From the NCBI GenBank assembly GCA_043803225.1, contig JAZDKF010000012.1, positions 54,143-118,142 of the forward strand: 64,000 nt of DNA, written 5' to 3'. The translations under genes were made by a program, and so were the position numbers. Position 1 is the stretch's first letter. Every line of letters starts with the position of its first letter. Under the pieces are notes generated by a model. It saw only the letters and a list, made by a program, of their open reading frames with translations, made no database searches and was not told the origin of the DNA. Below, piece by piece: positions 39,107 through 48,906 of the stretch. The DNA comes from Candidatus Beckwithbacteria bacterium (GTDB lineage Bacteria > Patescibacteriota > Microgenomatia > UBA1400 > CG1-02-47-37).

Positions 39107-40111
39107 ATGACTCCAGAGACATATCTTATCGCCGCCTTATTAATTGCCGGATTTGCTCTGATTATCTGGCTTTTTTCCCGTAAGAAAGAAGATTCAACCT
39201 TACTTGAATGGGCTAAAACCACCCAGAAAGACATTAAAGACCTGCAAACCGTTCTGACCAGCTCTCTTCAGACCTCCAATCAACATATGATTAACACTTT
39301 GCTGCAGTCATCCAACACTTTAAATAAACGTCTTGATAAAGCCGCCGAAGTCATCTCCGGTCTGCAAAAAGAAGCGGGGGAGTTTACTGAAGTTTCCCGT
39401 TCCATGAAAGAACTAAACGAATTTTTACGATCCCCGAAGTTAAGGGGCAACATTGGCGAACAGGTTTTAAAAGATTTAATTTCCCAGATGTTTCCTAAAA
39501 AATCTTTTCATCTTCAGTACAGTTTTAAATCCGGTGATAAAGTCGATGCCGCCATTCAGACTGACGCCGGCATTCTGCCGATCGACTCCAAATTCCCCAT
39601 GGAAAACTTTCAAAAAATCGTCAAAGCCAAAGATAAAGCTGAGCAAGCGGTTTTCCGGAAAGCCTTTAGCCTTGATGTTAAAAAACACATCAAATCGATT
39701 GCTCAAAAATACATCCTTCCCGAAGAAGGCACTCTGGATTTTGCCCTGATGTATATCCCTTCCGAGTCGGTTTACTATGAACTGGTCAATTTAACTGAAG
39801 TTATGGAGTTTGCCAAAACTAACCGTATTTATCCGGTTTCTCCCTCTACCCTTTATGCCCATTTACAGATGATCTTGCTTTCCTTTGAAGGTAAGAAAAT
39901 TGAACGCAAATCCCGGGAAATCTTTGCCCTGATTCGGGCGATTCAAACCGACTATGACAAAGTTGATGAAAAACTCTCTATCCTCGGTAGCCACATCCTC
40001 AATGCTCATAATAAATTCTCTGAAGTTCATTCGGCTTACAACACCATTGGCCAAAAGCTTCGCTTCGGTCGCGAGCTTACCACCGATTCCGACCTGCCCA
40101 AGCTAAAATGA
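39107..40111 (+). CDS. rmuC: DNA recombination protein RmuC
   Basis: N-terminal TM, coiled coil, C-terminal 'PIDSKFPMENF...FALMYIPSESVYYE' RmuC block. Start at ATG 39107 with 'tacaat' -10 upstream. Confidence 0.75.
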   Translation: MTPETYLIAALLIAGFALIIWLFSRKKEDSTLLEWAKTTQKDIKDLQTVLTSSLQTSNQHMINTLLQSSNTLNKRLDKAAEVISGLQKEAGEFTEVSRSMKELNEFLRSPKLRGNIGEQVLKDLISQMFPKKSFHLQYSFKSGDKVDAAIQTDAGILPIDSKFPMENFQKIVKAKDKAEQAVFRKAFSLDVKKHIKSIAQKYILPEEGTLDFALMYIPSESVYYELVNLTEVMEFAKTNRIYPVSPSTLYAHLQMILLSFEGKKIERKSREIFALIRAIQTDYDKVDEKLSILGSHILNAHNKFSEVHSAYNTIGQKLRFGRELTTDSDLPKLK

Positions 40112-40647
40112 AAACGATTATCACGAAAACCGGTAAAAAAATTACTTTTGCCTCGCCAAAATCTTCGGATTTAACTGCTATCTATCAATGGGTAAAAACC
40201 ATCGAAAAAGAGGACACTTTTATTTTATTAAATTACCGCGAACCGGTTTTTTTTAAAGAAGAAAAAGAGTTTTTAACCGGTTTATTAAAAAAAATTAAAA
40301 CCAATAAATCTATTTTTATCTCAGTTTTTGATCAGCACAAATATCTTGGTAGTTGTTCAATTGACAAACTCGGTAAACGTCAAGGCCATGTTGGCAGTTT
40401 TGGTATTGCCCTGCTTAAATCTTATCGAGCCGAGGGAATCGGTTATCAACTGGCTCAGTATGCTATCCAACAGGCCAAGGAAAAACTTAAACTAAAACAA
40501 ATTATTCTTGGCTGTTTTGCTAATAATCTTGTTGGTCTTAAGCTTTACCAAAAACTAGGCTTTACTCAGTACGGCATTCACCCCAAGGCCATTTTTTATC
40601 AGGGTAAATATCTTGACGAAATCTTATTTTATAAGAATTTGAAATGA
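40108..40647 (+). CDS. GNAT family N-acetyltransferase
   Basis: 179 aa, 'YRAEGIGYQLAQYAIQQAK' acetyl-CoA motif. Confidence 0.7.
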   Translation: MKTIITKTGKKITFASPKSSDLTAIYQWVKTIEKEDTFILLNYREPVFFKEEKEFLTGLLKKIKTNKSIFISVFDQHKYLGSCSIDKLGKRQGHVGSFGIALLKSYRAEGIGYQLAQYAIQQAKEKLKLKQIILGCFANNLVGLKLYQKLGFTQYGIHPKAIFYQGKYLDEILFYKNLK

Positions 40648-43583
40648 AACTTAACCCAAACCAGCAGTTAGCCGTTGACACGATTGACGGCCCGGTCATG
40701 GTCATTGCCGGTCCGGGGACTGGTAAAACCCAGATTATTGCCGAGCGGATTGCCCAAATCCTGAAAAAAACCGATACTGCCCCGGATTCAATCCTGGCCT
40801 TGTCTTTTACCGAGTCCGGTGTCAAAGCCATGCGCGAGCGGTTGATCGCCACCATTGGCGCTACCGCTTACTATGTCAATATCTTTACCTTTCACTCATT
40901 CTGCTCCTCAGTGATTCAGGAATTTCCTGACAAATTTATTATTTCTCCTCAAGTTGAACCTCTTTCTGACCTGGAGCGGGTGCAAATTTTTCAAACCATT
41001 ATTGATTCTTTAAATCTCGATTATTTAAAACCTGCCCATCAGCCCTATTTTTACATCCCTAGCCTTATCCAGGCCATTCAGGATCTAAAGCGCGAAGCCG
41101 TTTCCCCCGATGATCTTAAAGCTTTAATCACCGACCCTAAAGCCGCCAAACTGCCTGAACTGGTTAAAATCTACCGTCGCTATCAAAAGGCATTAGCCGA
41201 AGTCGGCCGTTATGATTTTGAAGACATGATTAACTTGGTGGCTCAGGCCTTTAAGGCCGATTCCGAACTGTTATTAACTTTTCAGGAGCGCTTCCACTAC
41301 TTTTTAGTTGATGAATACCAGGATACTAACTCGGCGCAAAATCAGGTGGTTAACCTGCTGGCTTCCTATTGGGGTGATCAGGCCAATGTCTTTGTGGTTG
41401 GCGACATCAACCAATCGATCTTTAAATTCCAGGGCGCCTCTTTGGAAAATGTTATCGGTTTTACTAAAACTTATCCTCGGACAAAAATAATTACCTTAGA
41501 TCAAAACTACCGTTCCACCCAAACTATTTTAACTGCCAGCCACCACCTGATCCAAAACAACCACTTTCACATCGAATCAGTGGTTAATACTGCCAAAACC
41601 AAACTTACCAGCCAAAAAACTCATCCGGAAAAACCGCTTTATATAATTAAACTGCCTTCAGAAATTATCGAAACTTATTGGATTGCCCAAAAAATTAAAA
41701 AGTTAATTAACCAAGGGGTCAAGGCGGAATCGATTGCCGTGCTTTACCGTCACAATGCCGATGCTGCTGGCCTGGCTGATATTTTTGCCAAACTGCATAT
41801 CCCCGTGGACATTGAAGGCGGCGCTAATATCTTAGAAGACCCCACCATTATTAAGCTTTTAACTTTATTAAAAGCCATTAGTTTAAGCCCCAGCAGCCTT
41901 GAAGATCTGGATTTATTCACTCTGCTTCATTATGAGTTTTTACATCTCGACTCTCTGGATATTTTAAAACTTAGCCGCCAGGCATCCCAGTCCAACACTT
42001 CCATTATTGATCTGATTCTTTCCACTTCGTTTCCGGCCTTAAAGCTTAAAAGCCAGGAGCGGATTTTAGATTTTATCCGCCGGCTGGCTTCTTGGCAGCA
42101 GCTGGACAGCCAATTAAACTTTTCCCAATTTTTTGAAACCTTAGTGAAACAGTCAGGTTTTTTTGACTGGCTGATCAGCTGCCCGGACGCTTTAGAAAAA
42201 CTTAACCGTTTAAACTCGCTTTTTAGCGCCATTAAGCGTTTAAACCAGGCCGATCATCAGTTAAATCTGCACTCCTTTTTAAATGCCCTTCAGTTAATGG
42301 AACTCAATCACTTAAAGCTGGCTGAAACCGACTTGGATATTAAAACCAAAGCCGTTACCTTAACCACTGCCCACAAAGCCAAAGGCAAAGAATGGGAATA
42401 TGTTTTTATTATCAAAGCCATCGATGGCAAGTGGGGGAATAATCGCACCCGGGAAATGATTAAACTGCCTTCAGGCATTTTAAAATATTCCCAGATTGAT
42501 AAAAAAGAAAAAAACGAAGACGAACGCCGCCTCTTTTATGTCTGTCTTACCCGGGCTAAGAAAAAACTTTATCTTACTTTTGCCGATCGCTATGCCAGGT
42601 TTGGTCATTCTACCGAAGCTGTCCCTACGATGTTTATCTCTGAGTTGCCCCAACCACTGGTAAAAACCCTCCAGCCAAAATCCTTAAATCCCCAAACAAT
42701 CTTAACTTTAAGTTTTTCTGCCCCGTCAGCGCCCCGACCTACCTTAGTTGAAGCCGATTACTTTAACTTTATTCTTAACGGCTTCAAGCTGTCGCCGACT
42801 GCCCTTAACACTTATCTTACCTGCCCCTATAAATTTAAACTCAATAACTTAATCCGGGTGCCCCGCGCCAAGCAAACCTATTTTAGTTTTGGCACTGCCG
42901 TGCACAAAGCCTTAGAACTTTTCCATCGCCAGTTTATTAAAAACGATAAACATCCGGCTAAGCAGTTTTTAATCGATCAATTTGGAAAAGCTTTAGCCAA
43001 AGAAGTTTTAACCGCATCCGAACTAAAGCTGATGTTAAAAAAAGGTCAGAAGCTGTTAAGTTTTTACTATGATTATTACCAGGATAACTTGGTTAAACCC
43101 CTATTTACCGAGAAATTTTTTGGCTACGGTATGTCTAAAACTTATCTGGACGACATTCCTTTAGCCGGAAAGATCGACCGTATCGACCTGCTTTCTGTTT
43201 CTAAGAAAACAGTGAAGGTTGTTGATTATAAAACAGGATCCCCTAAATCGCGGAATCAGATTTTGGGCAAAACCCAGGAAGCCAATGCTGACTATTATCG
43301 CCAGCTGGTTTTTTACCGCCTTTTAAGCCAGCTGGATCGAAGTTTTAAGCTTAAAGTGAGTGAAGCTGAACTGGAGTTTGTTGAACCCACGCCGTCCGGT
43401 AAACTGAAAAAAGAAAACTTTATTATTTCCGACCAGGACGTCGCTGACTTAAAAGAAACTATCCGTCAATCTATGAAAGCCATCCGCTGTTTAAATTTTT
43501 CCAAAACCTCCACCTATAGCCATTGTTTACGCTGCGAATATTTAAACCACTGTTGGCCCGAAGGTCTGCCTCAACCTGGCTAA
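40644..43583 (+). CDS. UvrD/PcrA-type SF1 helicase fused to C-terminal PD-(D/E)xK nuclease with Cas4/AddB-like Cys cluster
   Basis: Helicase motifs 'AGPGTGKT', 'DEYQDTN', 'VGDINQSIFKFQGAS', 'DQNYRST', 'TAHKAKGKEWEYVFI', 'VCLTRAKK'. Nuclease 'IDRIDLL...VVDYKTG', 'YRQLVFY'. Cysteines 'CPYKF' plus 'CLRCEYLNHC'. Confidence 0.8.
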   Translation: MKLNPNQQLAVDTIDGPVMVIAGPGTGKTQIIAERIAQILKKTDTAPDSILALSFTESGVKAMRERLIATIGATAYYVNIFTFHSFCSSVIQEFPDKFIISPQVEPLSDLERVQIFQTIIDSLNLDYLKPAHQPYFYIPSLIQAIQDLKREAVSPDDLKALITDPKAAKLPELVKIYRRYQKALAEVGRYDFEDMINLVAQAFKADSELLLTFQERFHYFLVDEYQDTNSAQNQVVNLLASYWGDQANVFVVGDINQSIFKFQGASLENVIGFTKTYPRTKIITLDQNYRSTQTILTASHHLIQNNHFHIESVVNTAKTKLTSQKTHPEKPLYIIKLPSEIIETYWIAQKIKKLINQGVKAESIAVLYRHNADAAGLADIFAKLHIPVDIEGGANILEDPTIIKLLTLLKAISLSPSSLEDLDLFTLLHYEFLHLDSLDILKLSRQASQSNTSIIDLILSTSFPALKLKSQERILDFIRRLASWQQLDSQLNFSQFFETLVKQSGFFDWLISCPDALEKLNRLNSLFSAIKRLNQADHQLNLHSFLNALQLMELNHLKLAETDLDIKTKAVTLTTAHKAKGKEWEYVFIIKAIDGKWGNNRTREMIKLPSGILKYSQIDKKEKNEDERRLFYVCLTRAKKKLYLTFADRYARFGHSTEAVPTMFISELPQPLVKTLQPKSLNPQTILTLSFSAPSAPRPTLVEADYFNFILNGFKLSPTALNTYLTCPYKFKLNNLIRVPRAKQTYFSFGTAVHKALELFHRQFIKNDKHPAKQFLIDQFGKALAKEVLTASELKLMLKKGQKLLSFYYDYYQDNLVKPLFTEKFFGYGMSKTYLDDIPLAGKIDRIDLLSVSKKTVKVVDYKTGSPKSRNQILGKTQEANADYYRQLVFYRLLSQLDRSFKLKVSEAELEFVEPTPSGKLKKENFIISDQDVADLKETIRQSMKAIRCLNFSKTSTYSHCLRCEYLNHCWPEGLPQPG

Positions 43584-44022
43584 TTACAATCGCTGCGGCC
43601 ACCTCGACATTCAATGACCCTTTCTTGCCCTGCCGGGGGATCTCCACAATTTCTTCTGCCGCCGCCAACACTTCTTGACTGACCCCCTCAACTTCATTCC
43701 CAAATACTAACACCGAGTCTTTTTCCGCCTGCCATTTATCAATCTTCACACTTCTTTTATCCTGTTCAATGGCGATTAACTTTAACCCTTTCTTTCTTGT
43801 CAGCTTTACCAGTTCTTCACTATTTTTAACAAACTTAATTTCAAAATCTTTTTCCGCCCCCAAAGCTGTCTTTTTGACTTTTTCATGCAGCTGATTTACT
43901 CCCGGTCTGGCTCTGCCTGAATAACCTACCAGCAGCACTTTTTTTATCCCAAAAAAACTTGCCGTCCGGAAAATCGACCCGACATTATACAAGCTTCTGA
44001 TGTTTTCTAACCCTAAATACAT
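43471..44022 (-). CDS. SpoU/TrmH-family RNA 2'-O-methyltransferase
   Basis: 'VLVFGNEVEGVSQEV' and 'IPRQGKKGSLNVEVAAAIVI' SPOUT motifs. Its 3' end overlaps the convergent helicase gene. Confidence 0.75.
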   Translation of the reverse strand: MYLGLENIRSLYNVGSIFRTASFFGIKKVLLVGYSGRARPGVNQLHEKVKKTALGAEKDFEIKFVKNSEELVKLTRKKGLKLIAIEQDKRSVKIDKWQAEKDSVLVFGNEVEGVSQEVLAAAEEIVEIPRQGKKGSLNVEVAAAIVISQVEADLRANSGLNIRSVNNGYRWRFWKNLNSGWLS

Positions 44023-44219
44023 TATTTATCTGCTTTAAAACCAATTTTAATATGGGAACCGTCGCAAAATGGCTTGTTCTTCGAAGCGCCGCAACGGCAC
44101 AACCAGACTGTTTCATCTCCCTTAACCGTTTGCTCATTGCCTTGAGCATCTTTGATTTCTTCCGGACCGTACACTTTATACGGTCCGTTTTTTATTGCTG
44201 TTATTTTGGCCATACCCAC
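44022..44219 (-). CDS. CDGSH iron-sulfur domain protein
   Basis: 65 aa, 'CRCGASKNKPFCDGSH'. Confidence 0.75.
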   Translation of the reverse strand: MGMAKITAIKNGPYKVYGPEEIKDAQGNEQTVKGDETVWLCRCGASKNKPFCDGSHIKIGFKADK

Positions 44220-44998
44220 TCCTTTATAAACAATTTTTTAACTGGTTGTCTATATTCTACCTCTCTTCCGCCGAAACTTTTTTTAAACCGGGTGAATCCG
44301 GGCCAGAGCTTATCGTCAATCCCATCAAAATCAAACAGTCTGCACTTAAGTTTTTTCGCCAATCTTATTGCCTTCCACGCTAATCTGCTGGGTACCATTT
44401 TTTTTCTGCCTTCCTGACTGCTGGCATTATGAGAATAATAGGCAACCTGATTATGAATTAAAACTATCAGTCCGCCGCCTTCTGCCATTAGCAGCCAGGC
44501 CTTTCCCCCAAACGATTTAAGCAAACTCTTTAATTGTTTAAAGTTTAATCCCCAGAATTTTTGTTTTTTACAGTTTTGCCGGTAAATCTTAAAAAAATCT
44601 TTCAGTTGTTTATCCGAAACTTTATCTCCCCGAATCATCTTTACTTTTCCTGAATACTTTCTTAAGTTATACCTGGTTTTGTAATGCATTTCTTTTAATA
44701 GCTGATTCTCGCTCTTTGTTAAATCCAGCCAAATAGTTTTTGTTGGTAGCATCGGTGTTTTATCTTCTTTAAACCCCCACCGGCCGTAGTTGAAATTATC
44801 ATCAATGGCTGGTTCAATCTTTACCAATACCGCCCGGTATTTTTTTACCAACAAATCTAAATCGTCGATTTTTTTCTGCCTCTGAATCTTAATAAAACTG
44901 ATTCCTAGCAGTTTTTTAATAAATGCCCCCTCATCCACCAGCCAGCCCAAACTTTTCATCCACAGCTCGTATTCTTTAGCTTGTCTTAAATCGCTCAT
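44201..44998 (-). CDS. FemAB-like / GNAT-fold peptidyltransferase family protein
   Basis: 265 aa, similarity in architecture to the C-half of FemX-type proteins. Adjacent to a clearer FemAB gene. Confidence 0.45.
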   Translation of the reverse strand: MSDLRQAKEYELWMKSLGWLVDEGAFIKKLLGISFIKIQRQKKIDDLDLLVKKYRAVLVKIEPAIDDNFNYGRWGFKEDKTPMLPTKTIWLDLTKSENQLLKEMHYKTRYNLRKYSGKVKMIRGDKVSDKQLKDFFKIYRQNCKKQKFWGLNFKQLKSLLKSFGGKAWLLMAEGGGLIVLIHNQVAYYSHNASSQEGRKKMVPSRLAWKAIRLAKKLKCRLFDFDGIDDKLWPGFTRFKKSFGGREVEYRQPVKKLFIKEWVWPK

Positions 44999-46098
44999 TT
45001 AGATTCAAATGCTCTTGCCAGATTGTCTATTGTTTGGCTTAGTCCGGTTTTCACTCGGACAGCTCCGGTCCTAGCCTTCAGCCACTTCCACCGCGCTTCT
45101 TCTAAGATTCTTAAAATCCGGTACTGCCCCGGCTGCAGTACTAGGTCATAACTGCCGACAAACTCCATCAAGGTTGCTCCGTAGCCTTGTTTAAACCGAT
45201 GAAATCCATACCAAGGATCATTTTTGTTTGGATTAGGCCCTAACGCTCCCCACATATCTAATTCAGTGCAATTTAAACTTTTCCCCAATTTAATTACTTC
45301 CCACATTAACAAATTTGGCGCCATCAGTTCTTTAAGCTCCCGGGTCGAGGCGCCGTATGGATAATAGATTTTTTTATTAAACACAAAACATAAAAAAGCT
45401 GACAAGGTTTTACCCTCAAACTCAGCCCTTAATAGTTGAACCATTCCCACCGGCCTTAGCTGCTGCCACATCTTTTTAAAGTAATCCGGAGTATGGCTAT
45501 AAAATCCCTGGCGTTTAATTGTTTCGTCAAACAGCAGTTTTAAAAATAACTCAAAACTCGCCGCGCTGTTGTCTAATTTAACCTTGACGCCTTTTTTTTC
45601 TGCCAGCCGCAAGTTATATCTGGTTTTGGAATGCATTTTAGCTAATAAATCTGCCTCTGCCGGTGTTAGATCAAGAGAAAAGGTGTATTTTGTAAACAGC
45701 GGTCGGCCTTTCTGGCAGCCCCTTTTAAGTAAAAACTCTTCTATTTGGATCCAGGCGCTGGATTGAATCTGATCTTTCTTAACCGCCGCGCTGATATTCG
45801 GCTCCAACTTAATATAAACGCAGTTATTTTCTTTTCCGATCTGTTTTAAAGCTTCCAGCTGGACCTCATCAGGCATCGGTCCTTTAGGAAAGTAGCCCAA
45901 AGTCCAACCGAGTTTTGGCACCCGGTGAATCGTCAGTTGCATTGGCATCACCAGCTTTTGGCCTTCAAATACCCCTTTGCGGATTACCTTTATTCCGGTT
46001 AACTCCCTAAACTCACCCCACTCATAGGTTTGCAGTGGGTGGCCGGCAACCTGATTAAACCTTGCTTTATCATTAAGAACGACTTCTCTAATAATCAT
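44995..46098 (-). CDS. FemAB family aminoacyl-tRNA-dependent peptidoglycan peptidyltransferase
   Basis: 367 aa. N-terminal 'QTYEWGEF', twin GNAT-like halves with a ~100-aa spacing typical of FemX/FemA. Confidence 0.6.
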   Translation of the reverse strand: MIIREVVLNDKARFNQVAGHPLQTYEWGEFRELTGIKVIRKGVFEGQKLVMPMQLTIHRVPKLGWTLGYFPKGPMPDEVQLEALKQIGKENNCVYIKLEPNISAAVKKDQIQSSAWIQIEEFLLKRGCQKGRPLFTKYTFSLDLTPAEADLLAKMHSKTRYNLRLAEKKGVKVKLDNSAASFELFLKLLFDETIKRQGFYSHTPDYFKKMWQQLRPVGMVQLLRAEFEGKTLSAFLCFVFNKKIYYPYGASTRELKELMAPNLLMWEVIKLGKSLNCTELDMWGALGPNPNKNDPWYGFHRFKQGYGATLMEFVGSYDLVLQPGQYRILRILEEARWKWLKARTGAVRVKTGLSQTIDNLARAFESK

Positions 46099-47851
46099 GG
46101 ATTAATTCTAGCAAACTTTCTTCAATATCGCCCAAGAACCGGCTGACCGCATTGCTGGCCGTGATGCCGAAATATAATCTTCTCCGGGAATAAGTTAGAA
46201 ATAAATTCTCCCTTGCCCTAGTCATTCCCACATAGCACAAACGCCTTTCTTCTTCTAACTCTTCCCGGTCCATTAATGATCGTGAATGGGGGAACAGTCC
46301 TTCTTCCATCCCGATTATAAATACATTTTTAAACTCCAAACCCTTTGAAGCGTGCAGGGTCATTAAAGTTACCGCCTTTTGATTGGCTTTTAACTTATCC
46401 GTTTCTTCCACCAAAGCCGTGTTTTGTAAAAACTCTTCCAGCACCGGATACATTTGCCCTACACTCATCAATTCCTTAATGTTTTCCAACCGGCTTAAGT
46501 CTTCCTCGTCTTTCAGATCAAACCGCTTTAAATATTCGGTTGTGTCCAGGATTAATTCTAAAGTCTCTTTAGTGGTTAACTTCACTCCGTCTAATTTTAC
46601 AAACTTTTCTAACTGCCTTTTGCCCAGCTTTTCTACTCTTTTATAACTTAAACGGTCTTTGGGGTTATAAATCAGCCTTAAATAAGCCAAGCAGTCTTTA
46701 ATTTCTTTCCGGTTATAAAATTTTACTCCGCCCACCAGAACATAGGGTATGTTTGCCTTAATTAAGGCCTCTTCAATGGTTCTTGATTGAGCGTTAGTCC
46801 GGTATAAAACGGCACAGTCTTGATAATCAAATTGACCGATAGTTTTTACCACAAACTCGGCTTCTTCTTTTTCATCTACTCCTTCAAAGATTTTAATTTT
46901 CGCTCCCTTTTGACTCTCTGCCCACAATTTTAATATCGGATGCAGGGTATTTTTGGCAATTACCTGGTTAGCTGCCTCTAAGATATTTTTTGTCGATCGG
47001 TAGTTTTGCTCCATGTTCACCACCACCAGTCCGGGAAAATCGTTTTTTAAATTATTTAAATTACGAAAATCAGCCCCGCGGAAACTGTAAATTGATTGGG
47101 AAAAATCGCCCACGGCGGTTAAATTCTTCCACTTTTTCGTCAGCAGTTTGGTCAGCTCATACTGGGCCCGGTTAGTATCCTGGTACTCGTCCACTAAAAC
47201 ACTTAAATATTTTTCCTGATATTTTTTAGCCACCCGGTCGCTGTGATTTAATAGTTTAACTGCTAGCAGCAGCAAGTCGTCAAAATCCAGAGCCTCATAT
47301 GTGGTCATCAGCCTTTGGTACTCCCGGTAAACCTGAGCGACTATCTCTGCCGCATTGCCTCTGATTAACCGGCTATACTCCCAATGGTTAATCAGTTCGT
47401 TTTTTGCCCCTGAAATCGCTGCCTTTATCACTCTTGGTTTATAGACTTGAGTGTCCAGGTTTAAATTTTTCATTGCCTGTTTTATCGTCGCCAGCGAATC
47501 ATCTTCGTCATAAATTAAAAACTTATTGCTCAGGCCGATTTCTTTGCCTTCAATTCGAAGCAGCCGGGCATTAAAACTATGAAAGGTTCCGGTCCAGGGT
47601 ATTGCCGCTGTTTTTTCTCCGAGAAGTTTTAAAATTCTACCCTTCATTTCCTTAGCCGCTTTATTGGTAAATGTGACTAATAAAATTCTTCCTGGATCTA
47701 CGCCTTTTTCTTTAATTAAATAGGCTGCCCGGTAAGTTAACGCCCGCGTTTTTCCTGATCCGGCTCCGGCCAGGATTAATAATGGGCCGTCGCCAAAGGT
47801 GACTGCCCGTCTTTGTTCTCGATTTAAGGCTTTCAGCCAATCTGCCGCCAT
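46088..47851 (-). CDS. pcrA: ATP-dependent DNA helicase UvrD/PcrA (short form)
   Basis: 'LAGAGSGKTRALT', 'DEYQDTN', 'GDFSQSIYSFRGA', 'NYRST', 'TLHASKGLEF', 'VGMTRA'. Confidence 0.9.
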   Translation of the reverse strand: MAADWLKALNREQRRAVTFGDGPLLILAGAGSGKTRALTYRAAYLIKEKGVDPGRILLVTFTNKAAKEMKGRILKLLGEKTAAIPWTGTFHSFNARLLRIEGKEIGLSNKFLIYDEDDSLATIKQAMKNLNLDTQVYKPRVIKAAISGAKNELINHWEYSRLIRGNAAEIVAQVYREYQRLMTTYEALDFDDLLLLAVKLLNHSDRVAKKYQEKYLSVLVDEYQDTNRAQYELTKLLTKKWKNLTAVGDFSQSIYSFRGADFRNLNNLKNDFPGLVVVNMEQNYRSTKNILEAANQVIAKNTLHPILKLWAESQKGAKIKIFEGVDEKEEAEFVVKTIGQFDYQDCAVLYRTNAQSRTIEEALIKANIPYVLVGGVKFYNRKEIKDCLAYLRLIYNPKDRLSYKRVEKLGKRQLEKFVKLDGVKLTTKETLELILDTTEYLKRFDLKDEEDLSRLENIKELMSVGQMYPVLEEFLQNTALVEETDKLKANQKAVTLMTLHASKGLEFKNVFIIGMEEGLFPHSRSLMDREELEEERRLCYVGMTRARENLFLTYSRRRLYFGITASNAVSRFLGDIEESLLELIHDY

Positions 47852-47871
47852 GTTAGAATCATAACATCTTT

Positions 47872-48906
47872 ATGCTTTCCGCCGTTAAACGCCGTTTCTA
47901 TAAATATCTTCTGCCTTTTCGCCCGTTAATCTATCTGGCAGTTATCGGTCTGGTCTGCTTAATTTTAGTTTTAATCATTCCTAAACTGGCCGCTTCTTTT
48001 AAAAAAATTATTCAACTTTCTACGATTACCCGGCTTGACTCTTTCCGCAATCGGACCAATATTCTGCTTCTTGGCGCCAGTGGCGGAACTCACCCCGGAG
48101 CTGATTTAACTGACAGCATCATGTTAATTTCAGTTAATCTTTCTACCTCAGATACGGTCTTAATTTCTCTGCCTCGGGACATTTGGGTTGAATCTTTATC
48201 TGCCAAACTTAATACTGCCTATCATTTTGGCGAAACCAAGCAGCCCGGCGGCGGCCTGATTATGGCTAAAGCCGCGGTTGCCGAAATCATCAACCAGCCG
48301 GTCCATTATGCTGCACTCTTGGATTTTTCCGGTTTTGAAACCGCCATCGACGTCCTTGGTGGTTTGGATCTGAATGTGCCCCATGGCTTTATCGACGCCA
48401 AGTATCCGCTTCCTGGCCAGGAAAATGCTCCCGATGAAACCGCCCGCTATGAAATCCTGCAGTTTCATTCTGGCTTTCAACACTTTGACGGTTCCATGGC
48501 CTTAAAATATGTTCGTTCCCGCCAGTCAGAAGGTGAAGAAGGGACTGATTTTGCCCGCAGCCAGCGTCAGCAATTGGTTTTGTTGAGTTTTAAAGATAAA
48601 GTTTTGTCTCTAAAAACTTTGCTTAATCCGTTTAAACTTAAAGCCCTCTATCAAGCTTTTAAAGCCGCTGTTACCACCGATCTTGAACCAAAAATCTATC
48701 CGGATTTAGTTAAGCTGGTTTTTAAAATTAAACCTGATTCGCTTCGTACAGGCATCATTGACCAGGGCAGTGACAACGAAGAAATTCCCGCCTTGCTCTA
48801 CAACCCGCCGGCCGAACAATACGGCCAATGGGTTTTATTGCCGCTTAATAACAACTGGCAGGCTGTTTATGATTACCTTGAAGAAATTATCTACCAAAAT
48901 CAATAG
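47872..48906 (+). CDS. LytR-CpsA-Psr (LCP) family cell-wall glycopolymer transferase
   Basis: N-terminal TM. 'ILLLGASGG...DSIMLISVN...ISLPRDIWV' LCP core. Confidence 0.8.
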   Translation: MLSAVKRRFYKYLLPFRPLIYLAVIGLVCLILVLIIPKLAASFKKIIQLSTITRLDSFRNRTNILLLGASGGTHPGADLTDSIMLISVNLSTSDTVLISLPRDIWVESLSAKLNTAYHFGETKQPGGGLIMAKAAVAEIINQPVHYAALLDFSGFETAIDVLGGLDLNVPHGFIDAKYPLPGQENAPDETARYEILQFHSGFQHFDGSMALKYVRSRQSEGEEGTDFARSQRQQLVLLSFKDKVLSLKTLLNPFKLKALYQAFKAAVTTDLEPKIYPDLVKLVFKIKPDSLRTGIIDQGSDNEEIPALLYNPPAEQYGQWVLLPLNNNWQAVYDYLEEIIYQNQ

